A stretch of DNA of 64,000 nt from Thalia democratica (taxonomy: Eukaryota): the NCBI GenBank assembly GCA_965202585.1, contig OZ241828.1, positions 55,676,001-55,740,000 of the forward strand, in the 5' to 3' direction. A program made the position numbers and the translations under genes. The notes below the pieces were generated by a model. It had not been told where the DNA came from and did no database searches. It was given only the letters and a program-made list of their open reading frames with translations. Position 1 is the first letter of the stretch. Each line of letters starts with the position of its first letter. Shown here piece by piece: positions 26,644-37,900 of the stretch.

Positions 26644-28323
26644 ATGAGCTCAAGAAAGTCAAAAAGCTTGTGGTCAATTGAAAAGCAATCTCCCATCAGG
26701 CCGCAGACTGAAAAAAGCCATGAAAAATCCCCATTCCGCCCTCTCATCATTAAAAACCCAACCATACTTGCAAAACCCGCAAACAAAACCAGTGCCACTG
26801 CGTCCCCTTCAAAGTCCAAGGGGAGCTTGTCAAGCTGGAAAGAGGTTCAATCGAGCCCTGGAGCTCCAGTGGCGCCAAAACTGTCGTTCGCAATTCAGCC
26901 TAACAAAGACCAGGAAGCCAAGCAAGCTGCTCTGGACAGCCCAAAGCCTGGAAGTGGAGACTCTGTAAAAAGTGAAGACGAGGAGTTTGTTTGGACTTCC
27001 TCTGTGAAGATGATAGACTCCAACCTGCAATGGAAGGACGCTGGCCTGGACAAGCTGAAGGACCAAGAGGACTTTTTAGTTGTCGGCGTCTTGGGCCTTC
27101 AGGGAGTGGGCAAGTCAACGATAATGTCTATGCTAGCGGGCAAGAAGTTTGTGGAAGGAAAGGAGGCCTGGTTCAGGGAGCAGACCTTGGATCAGAGGGA
27201 GAAAGCCCTTCACATGACCAACGGGGTGGAGTTTGCCGTGACCAAGGAGCGCATGATCTTGCTTGACTGTCAGCCGATGCTGAGCCCATCAATCTTAGAT
27301 GAGCTGATCTACGAGAGGAACAACAAGATGGAGTTCACTGGTCCATCCATACAGATGCAGTCGCTGCAGATAGCCACTTTCATGCTCACTGTAATTTATT
27401 TTTGTCATCAGACATTAGTGTTTTATAATTTTTTATAAAGTACAATTAAAGTTATGTGCTAAAACTTTTTTTAAATTAAGATGCTTAGAAAATATCTTAA
27501 CTTAGTTGAATTATTGTGACCTTAATCTTTAGCTTATAATATATATATTAAGTTGTTTTTACAAAATAAAGAAAGAAATAGAAAATTATTAAGCTAAGTT
27601 TTAATTGTATCTACAAACATGTAATAATGTCAACATTATATTTCTCTAAAGTTTTTCCTCAAAAACTAACACAAGCTTTTATTTAAGGTCTGCCACGTCA
27701 TCCTGGTGGTGCAGGACTACTTCACGGATCCCACCTTCTACAGCTTCATACAGAGAGCAGAAATAGCCAGGCTGCCCACCCCCTTTCCCCACGGTGCAAA
27801 GAACTCTGTTAGGAGCAAAGAAGACGCGCAGCACCAGCCAGTGGCTATATTTGTGCACAACAAATTGGACTCTGAGATGTTCGACGTCAACAACATTGCC
27901 ACAATTAACTCTGTTGTCTCAGCCCTCACCCGTCCCTCCAGCATGCACTGCAGGGGTCAGTTTTCCCTGCTCAGTTCAGGTTTGTACCCTGGCTTAGGTG
28001 ATCTGTACACTTACGAGGAAGAGGCCAACCACTTCTGCTTCCCTGATTTTGACAGCTACAAACAGGAAGACAGGGAAAAATTTTCAAAGGATCCCTACAA
28101 CCCTTGCGACTTGCAATTCCTCTCCCTGAAGTCTTACGATGAAAAACCAGAGCTGGAGCAGCTCACAGAGGCTTTTATCAACATGGTATTGTCCGTTCCG
28201 AGGAGGAACATCAGCCACCAGGTTCTGACTGAGAAGAGCTGGTTTCATTACGCGGCAAGGACGTGGGAGTCGCTGAAGAAGAGCAGTGTCATAACCGAGT
28301 TTTCCCGGCTGATCAGCAGCTGA
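26644..28323 (+). CDS. SMG9: Nonsense-mediated decay factor SMG9 (P-loop NTPase fold), 2 exons, 460 aa
   Basis: Exon 1 26644-27390 (GT at 27391), exon 2 27688-28323 (after tttaAG), phase 0. Low-complexity N-terminus, VVGVLGLQGVGKST P-loop, ERMILLDCQPMLSPSILD, SLQIATFMLT/VCHVILVVQD, C-terminal LTEKSWFHYAARTWESLKKS. These are motifs I recognise as SMG9. Confidence 0.92.
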
Positions 28324-28902
28324 AGTTGATGCAGAGTTGTTTATGACTTTGAGTTTGTTTGTTTAGTGTTGAAGGACTGCTGAGAAGAAGCAAAGAAGTC
28401 ACATAAAGCTATTTTTAAAAACTATAAAAAAGTAATATAATATTAGGCTTTTGTAATTTCATTAAAACTTTAAAATTGATTTGTCAAGTGTTTTTAAATT
28501 TAAGAGTCTTGTTAAAACAGTTACTAAGTCTCTGTAGCTATTTTTTATTCATTTTTAATTACATATAAAAGTTAGTGTCAACAAACTAACTAATAAGTAA
28601 CATCGAATCATTTCACTGTACATTTATGATAGTTAAATTTAAAAGTTTTATTTTATAGTTGAAATTGTTATATTTTTACTATTAAAATTGTTAAGTTTAA
28701 AATCGATTTAATAAAGAAGTTCGTTTTTAAAATGCATTAAATAAAATTAAAACAAAAAAAAAATATTTTAAAAAACAAAACTTGAAGTGTATTTGATTAA
28801 TAGCTTTTTAAATCTAAACTTTTGAAAAGCTTAAAAAACACAAGAGCTTTACTTTTTACCCAAACAGATGTTTAGTAGTTTTACAGGCTTAACAAAAGCA
28901 AA

Positions 28903-31900
28903 ATGCTGAAAGCAACATGCAGCGTATTGAAAGCGGTTTTTTCATTTTTATTCCTGCTCATAAACGGCTCGGTGCTGAACTTTGCCATGCACGGGCCGGT
29001 CTTGATCCTCATGTTGGTGTGGCCATGGGCGTACAGGAGGCTTACTGAAATGATTCTTTCCTGCGGAGTGACTTTGCTGGTGGTAGGTGTTTGGATGAAA
29101 TAAATCCTTTCTGTATTGTTTAGTACTAAAGTTCTGTATGTAAATTTTAAGTGTTATCGTTGGCTATGTTTTAAAAAGTAAGATGTTAATACTTAGTTTG
29201 TAATAATGTAATAACAATGTTTTTTTTTACATGTTACGTGGAACCGTGAAGTTTTTCACAAGTGAGTTTTTGTACTGTTTTTTTTTTTAATGTTAAAAAA
29301 ACTATTAATTTATTTAAATCGTTTATAAGGCTTTACTGATATATTTGCGATTAACTAGAACAGCTTTTTTTTAATTAAAACACTGTTATCTTTCAAACTA
29401 AATATTCTTGCTTCAACAAGTAAATTTTTTGGTAAATATTTTAAAACACCAGTTAAGTAAAGTAATCTTTAAGTAAAATTAAAATAAACAAAGTTAATGA
29501 CTAAAATTATAAACATTTTTATTAATTTGACAATTTTGTTCAGTAAAGCATAGTGTCAGTTGGTAAAATTATAATTTCTAAACCAGTCCCTAAACTAATG
29601 AAATTTAGATGTTTTTTTACAAAACGATCAGTAGTTTAGTTTTCAATACAAATGTAAAACATTTTTACTTCTTATAAAATCTAACTGTTTTGTATTATTA
29701 AGGCCATGGATGATTTATTTATTTTTTAACGAAAATTAACATTGGCTTGATCTTAAGTTAAAGCTTAAAGTATGATTTATAAGTTATTATACTTTGAATA
29801 TAAAAATTTTAATTACCCTTTTGTATACAGTCAATTTAGTAAAGCTGATACCAACCTAAGGACCAACTATAACTTACTAGAATTCAGTTTAGTTCAAACT
29901 TTAATTTTTATTTGTTTAAAAAGCAAAGTTTTATACAACAAACAAAAAAAAATAAAGCTTTTTATAATGATGTGGGAGTTAGCTTATTTCAGATTTATGA
30001 TACGCTTTTTTGCTGTAGTAAATAGATTAGTTTCTTTACCACAGAACTTAGTTGTTACAAGAACAATATGCATTTTTCTGAATTATGTTACTATTTTTTG
30101 CTATAATGAACTTTTCTATTTTTTATCATCATGATTTCAAAGCACTGTTTGACCTGTGATGCTTGTAAAAAAAAGTTAAAACGTTGAAATTGCTGATTTT
30201 TACACCCGTATCAGTTACATTACAACGCAACAGCAAATACCCGTTGTCACTTGTTAGTTTATATTTTTTATTATGCACAGACAAACTTCTCGGCGTGCGA
30301 GTGAGGAGCTTCGGGGACCGGGTGCAGAGGCACGAGAAAACCGTGGTGGTCATGAACCACCACACCAGGCTGGACTGGCTCTACTTCTTCAACTACCTGT
30401 TCAGGGCCAGGGTGCTCAACCGCCAGAAGATCACTCTGAAGGCACCGTTGAAGTGGGTGCCGATGATCGGTGGGTTTGAAATGTTGCGTGTGGTTGTTTT
30501 ATGATTTGTGTTGGCATTTTTAAGTAGTTGACATAAACTGAAAAGAATGATGTAAAACTGAAATACTGTAGTATTTATTTTGATAATTTTTTAAACTGTA
30601 ATACAGTGTGTGAAGTAGGTATTTAAGCAAGTGTTAAGGATGAAGTAGTTAGATCTTGTCTGATTAATAAGTACCTTTGATTAATAAAAGGTTGCTATGT
30701 ATTTTTTTTAGTTTATGTATTTTTTTTATTTAAATTTAAACTGATTAATCGGAAGTTTGAATATACAACTTACAAATACGAGTACAAAAGCCTAAAAATA
30801 TTGTTATTTTTGTAAACAGACAAAAACAGTAACTTGCGCGCAGGTTGGTCGTTGCAAACTGCAGGCTACATGTTCCTCAACCGGAACGCTGCCGAAGACG
30901 AAGAAAATATTCGCAATTCTCTCATTTACTCTGAAGAACTCGGCTGCAAACCCAACATACTCATATTTCCCGAAGGTGAGACTTACGAGCTTGGTTAACA
31001 ATTTTAAGGCTGTTTGGTAGTCTTGCTTAACACAGTTGACGGTTTTTAGTAACAACTAATTAGTATTACATTTGCTTGCATGTATAAACCGTTTGTAGAT
31101 TGACGACTACAGGTTTTTTTTCGGTTGTGACTGAGTTGTGACTAATCAGGGCGAAACCGGTCTCAGTCTATCTGAGGCTTGTGGTCTGATAATTTAAATG
31201 GTATGTTCAAACCTTATGTTAATTGCAAGTTATTTTCAAATATATTTGTTTTTGTTTCTTCTAAATACTTTAAGCTACTGCAACAATTAACATAGTTGCA
31301 TAAAAGCACAGTCCAACTAAATAACTTTTTATATAAGAAAGGTTAAATAAAATTTATATAATTTTTAGGTATTTCGAAAGTTGAGAAAATCAACAGTTAC
31401 TATTTTACATATGAATCTAAAATAGACTGTCTTGATTTCGTTTTGTATAATGCAAACAAAAGTTATGTTAATCCTTAAAATAATTAAAACTTAGTTGATG
31501 CAAAGGAACTGACCTGAGTTAGTTTTAATTATTTTCCGGTTGTTCACTATCTTGAGAAATTTTCAACCTTAACTTTGAAAGTTAACTGCTGTTTTAGTAC
31601 AAAAGAATATAAATATATATTTTTTGTTTTCTACTAATGAAAATGACAGCTAAATTGAATAATTTAAATTTGCTCTAAATGCAAAGGAACGGACCTGAGC
31701 CCTGAAAACAAGCAGAGAAGTTGGAAGTACGCGGAGAAGATGGGACTTCAGAAGTACGATCATGTGCTTCACCCGAGAACAAAGGGATTCGTGTGGTACG
31801 TCCAGAACCTGAGAAAAGGTATGGAGTTTTATGTTTTAAAGAACATTAAATACAGCATTTTCGTTTAATTTACTTGTTATTCGGTTAATCTATTTTTTTA

Positions 31901-34900
31901 CTAGTGTTCGTCGGGTAATTAGATAAAACTCTAAAAATAAGACAACTTGTAAAAAACAAAGTTGACCCCTATGATCATAACTTATTTTTTACTAAATATA
32001 AAAGTTGTTAATATTTTCAAGTGGGAGGAATCCAAGCGGTGCATGACGTCACAGTGGGCTACCCGGATGAAGTCGTAACTAGCGAAAAAGACATGCTGAT
32101 GGGGAATTCCCCAAAACAAGTCATGTTCCACGTGAAGCGGTACAGTGTTGACGAGGTAATTTAATTATTTTCTTTTTTGTTTGCATAAACTACTTGGACT
32201 AATTAAAAAATTTTGAACAACACCTCGGCTTGTTTATAGTTTTTGAAAAGTCTGACAAATTTGAAAAAAAAAATTCTGTGCTTTAGTACGAAATGTTTAT
32301 TAATTTAATGTTAAAATATATGTACTAGTAAATTCAATTATTTTTGTTTTATTTTTTCTATATTTTTAAAGTTTGACTTTAAGTTAAATTTTTAGCATTA
32401 AAGTTACTACTAGGTTACTATTAATTTTATGTTTTGTTTAAGTATGCAGATAAATTTTAAACTGGTTCAGGAGTTTTATCTTCAGAGAGCTTTCAACCTT
32501 GAGAATAATTATAACTGGTTTTTCAACTTATCAACTAATTCGTAATAAAAGTGAAAAAAGTTCACCTACCCTGCAATTGAAATATTTCAAAGTATTTATG
32601 TTCAAATTTTTCGAGTTCTCCCAATTAATACCCTTTTAAATGTGTTCACAACTTTTCAATGTGTTAGTCTTAATTAAAGTGGCCATACTATGGTATTGAA
32701 CTTTCTAAAAACTTGAGGTTTACTCAACCCAAAGCCAGAAGCACTATCATTTTAAATTTACTATTAACTCAGATTAGGTGGTGTTGCAGTAAAAACTAAG
32801 TCAAGTAACCTCCGACATATAACCATACAAATAGTATATTTTTTATTTTTAAGCTATATCTTTTAAATTATATTAATATGATTATTATTCCTTGGATGAA
32901 TTTTAAGAGAACTTTGACTGGTTTGAACTTTTAAAACTTTTTGAAAAGCTAAGGCTGACTTAAAAATTATCCTCACTGGAAAACAAATAAAAAGTCATAC
33001 TGAAATGGTATAAAAAAAATTTAAGCCAGGATGTTTTAGTTTTGATAACAGTAAGATAAATGTTAGGTTAAAGTATTTTTTAAAATAGATGCTTTATTGT
33101 TTTTATTTTCTCAATTTAAATTTTCTTGAGGTTGGTTGTTTAAGCATAAAGTTGTTTTGTTTGTGTTTTAGTGGTTTCTAAAAGCTCAAAATTAGTGGTG
33201 TTTTTCTTTAAATGAGAAAAATTGTAAAATTTTCTGTTTTCCTTATATGTGTTTGTACTACTATTAAAGACCTGAACTAAGTTTAAAGCGCATAGTTATT
33301 TTTAACTGTTTGTAAATGTTTTGATTATTTCAACTATTTTTATCAAATATATTTTTTCTTGTGTATTTGTAGGCTGAAATAATTAAAAATTTTAATTTTT
33401 TTCAACTTAACTGTGTTATTAAGATATTTTTAAAGTAAGTTATTGAGGGTTATTTAAATCTTTTTATGTATAAAGCATATGTTTACTTAATCTAGTTTTA
33501 TTATGCTTTATATATTAAATTTTACTTTAAAATATTGTTCATATTTACCTAACAATTTTTTTCCTATTGAATAGTTATAAGAAATTGTTTTGTTGTTGTC
33601 ATCGCAAGGGCAGTAGTATAAAAAAAATTAACTGCTTTACTTTTAGAGCTACTATGACTTAAACAATTAATATATCAGTTTAAATCAGGGTTTCCAAAAC
33701 TTTTTTAAAGGCCACCTTCAAAAATAAATAAAGCTATGGCCCCAAAAACTTCTTGTAAATACACATAAGACCTTTTTTTTTTGCTCCTTACCATCAACTC
33801 CATAATATCTAGTCTAAGTTTCAAATTATTGCCTCAAGGCTCACCCTTTTAAAGCTTATGGCTCCCTAAACTTCTGAAGTTTTCCCATAGCGTAATATCA
33901 ACAGGGTTGCCACGGGTCAGGCAAAGTCAGTTTTTTTGGGGTCAAAATGACAAAAAGTCAGTTTTTTAGGTCAAAATGTCAGAATTTGTCAGTTCTAATT
34001 TACAAAATTTCTTAATTTCAAAGCCTTAAAATGGTTTAAAAAATTACAAAAAATCTTTTAGAATGAGACTAAAGTTGCAAAATTTTTTTATAAATTTACT
34101 TACAAAATCATTATATTCCAAAGCTTTCACATGGTCAAATTAATTACAGGTACTATTTAATTAACTCAGTTGTTTTAATATTTTCATTTATTTTTGTAAG
34201 GTTTATTTAAATATTTTATGTAAGATCATGGCTAGTTTTTTTGATATACATTATGATATAATTTTTGTTAAAGTTAAAATGTTTAAACTTTAATGTCATT
34301 TTTCGTTTTGCAGAACTAATTATGATTTAGTTTGAGTATTTTAATTAAAAAATTTTTGGCAGTAGTTTACTTCACACTTGCGACACTAGAGATTATTTGC
34401 AAGTAAGCAGTGAGAAAAAGTTATACCTAGTTTAGTACAAAAAGTTTTATAAATAATTTTATACTATTTATTTTTACATTTCTATAACTGGTTATTACAT
34501 TTATCTTTTGCTAAAGTACACGTTCTAAACACATCAGCTACTTAGTAGAAAGTTTGTAGCTAAGAATTACTAGTCTAAATAGAAAAGAAACCTAACAGAA
34601 AGTTTTTATTTCGGTTAAAAAATGTGTACTTGTCAAAGTATGTGTACTGAAAATACAGATATCAAAATATGCGTAAAGAATGCGTATCCATGTAGAAGTG
34701 CGTACTTAAAACGCATACCTAAGAGTAAGGTAAAAGTCCTGCTAAATCGGTCAAAATCTTTGAAAAATTTACAAAATTTAGCGTGGCAACCCTGTATCTA
34801 GTACAAGTTTCAATTTTTTTTTTGCTCTTCACCATCAACTCCAGAATACCTAGCTCAAGTTTCAAATTATGGCCTCATGCCCCCCCCCCTTTTAGCCCCT

Positions 34901-37900
34901 GTGCTGCTTATGGCCCCCTAAGTTTCTGTTATGATCCCCAAGGAGGTATATGGCTAACTTTTAGAAACCCTGGTTTGAAGTTTCTTATTTGGTAAACAGC
35001 AAAAAAAAATAGTGATCGTTTTAATACTTTCTATTTATCGAAAAACAAATGTTGAAAGCGTTTGATAAACAGGTATTTACCAATTTAAGTTGCTGAAGTT
35101 TGCTTCAAACTATCTTTTTTTTTAATAAGTTTAATGATGAAACTCCCTGTAGTTGTTTAGTTGTTCCTGTGTATAAAAACATACAACAAGAAATTTTTAA
35201 CTGCTTAAGTTTCAAAACTTTTCTAAATAAACGTGTTGAAACATAAGTTTTATTTACTAAAAAAAATTTCTACAATATTTATTACATACATAGTATTACA
35301 GTCATCAAATTATTGTAGTTATTCAAACAAGCAAATGTGAAATTTCAGCTGCCGACCGACGACGAAGGACTAAGTAAGTGGATAAATCAGAAATGGCGGG
35401 AAAAGGAAGTCATGCTTCATCAGTTCTACGGGGAAGAAGGTAAATTCCCGGGTGCGGAACATGATGAGAACGAGTTCAGGTCCCGGATGTTGTGGCTGTT
35501 CTCCATGATGTGGTTCCTGGCTGATATGACGTTTCTGTGGCTCCTTTTCAACGTTTGGTGGATTAAGGTTGGTAGAAATTTTTCTGAAATATATACAATT
35601 TTGTAAGAATTAAATGTATTAAAGAAATTAAAAAAAAAATCAATATCAAAACTAAATGTATAATTTTATTGCCTATCTGTTTTTCTAAAGTATTTAAACT
35701 GCATTCATTATTTCAGAATTTTATGTAAGTTAGATTTTTTAATTTTAATTATGCTTTAAAATGTTTCAATTAATTGTGTGGGTTGTATAACTTATTAGTT
35801 TTTTTTGTTTCAAGTATAGTATTGCAACTGTATGAAATATAAGCCAGTTTAAAACTATTTACCTATTTTTAATTTAAACCACCGAATTTAAGGGAGTTTT
35901 TGAAAACTTGTATTTAGAAAAAAAAAATTTATTTAACTTATATCTACGCTTGTAATAGTGTTGAATTAAGAAATTATTTTTTTCAGTTTTTGTTCTTTAA
36001 AAGTAAAGTTATATGTTAAACTTATAAAGGGTTGCCACTAGCCATTAATTTCCTTAGACAGTTGTAACTTTACGTAGAAAAATCACTGGATTCCTCTAGA
36101 TAAAGCTAAAATATCATAAAAAACTGGATTTCCTTGATTTTTTGTTTTTCCTAGTGATAGAACAGTTTTTGATTTTACATATATATGGTTATAATAAGGT
36201 TTTTTTTATTATGTAATAGGTAAACTAGTTTCAAGGTTAAGATTTCAAAAGCAAAAGTTCGAATAAAAGATAAATAGTATACAGTACTTGTTTTTTAGTG
36301 CTTAATAGAATATCAAGTTTCATTAAAAGGAGCCATACAATTTTATTGAACTAGTAAGTAAAAAGTTTTATAAAGCAAAGATGTATTATTTCTCAAAAGG
36401 TTAGGACTTATAAGCAAAAACATATGATAAAAGTAAAAAATAAGTTATTGTAAAGATTAAGACTTTTTTTGATAAATTTACTAACAACTTAATTTAAATT
36501 TAGTTTCTACCAAATAAAGGGACAATCAAAAGTAGTTCTTTATAAGAACTAGTTACTAAATCAGTTATTTTAAATTGATTCATTACTGTCTTTTAATTAC
36601 ATTTATTAAAACAGATTGAAGTTGCCTAAACTGTTGGTTTTAAATATTCTAGTTATTAAAAGTAATAATAAGCCTGAGGTCTATGATATCACATCCTGTT
36701 ATATTGTTCTACTTTGATGCTGGCTTGCATTTAGTTTAACACTTTTTATAGCAAATTATTTTCATCAGGTTGTCATAGATAGTGTATATTAGGGACCAAG
36801 CTAGCTCAAACAAAGTTACGAATCTGCAAAAAATTAAAACATCTGAAATGACGCGTGATAACGTCTTAGCGGGAATAGAGCAATTTAAACTACCTCTAAT
36901 GTTATTTAATTCAAATGAAAGTATGCAGTTATGTTAATACTTCAAAAATATACACAGTATATTATGTAAGATGTCCACAAAAACTTATTAAAGCAAATTT
37001 CATTTGTATGTACTAAATAACTTTAGCTCTTTTTTTTTTAAATCTGTGCACAGTAATAATTAAAGAAAAAGTCTTGTGGACACCAGAAAGTAAATTTATT
37101 AATTTGAAAAATAGTTTTGCCAATGAAACTCTTTCTAAAATTAAAAACAAATCAACAAAGAATAATAAACTCAGATATAAAAAATGGGCTAAAAATCATT
37201 GGCCTTCTAGCGGATAAAACTTGTTCCAGAAATTCTACCTATATTTTCTTTCTCCAATCTTGGATTTTTTATTTGTTTTTAGTGGTAATGTTGCTTAAAA
37301 TTAAATACTTTTAGTTATTATAATTAGTATATTAAATAATTTTTTGGTTAAAAGTTTGCGGTTAGTATCAGAAAATGAAATACTGGTCTTTAGAATTTAA
37401 CTTTTAACTAAAGCAGTTTGTTTTTAAGTTAAAATAACGTCTTTGTAAGAATATTAATTACTTTAAGTAATTTTGAACAGCTTAAAGTTTGTATGAATAA
37501 AGTTTAATATTATTTGTTATTAGTATTTATAAACATTAGTTTTCAATTTTTTTACATGAGTAAGTTAAATTTTTCCCTATTAATTTTGCTAAATAAATTT
37601 TTAATGGTATGTCATTAGCATTTGAGGTTAAAAGTATTGAGTGCGTCAAAGTGATATGTTTTTATTTTTACCTATTGCTGTTTTTATTTTTTACCTAATT
37701 CCAATATACAAAATTAGAGTCAAAGTACAACACTAAAAAGTTTTAGTGAAGAATAGAAGTTTCGGTTAATTTTCATAAGATATAATGTAATAAGGTGTTA
37801 AATGCTACAGATCCAAACAAGCAGAGCAGATAGAATATCAAAGCAACTGTTTTTGTACGTAAATTCTTTATTAATCTAGCTTATTTTATAAAATTGTTAG

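Noticed and set aside
26610-27997. Antisense and alternate-frame ORFs overlapping SMG9
   Set aside because: Expected shadows of a GC-rich coding sequence; the same holds for those over RPS2 (51901-52083, 54441-54800, 55073-55390) and Smo (5329-5514).
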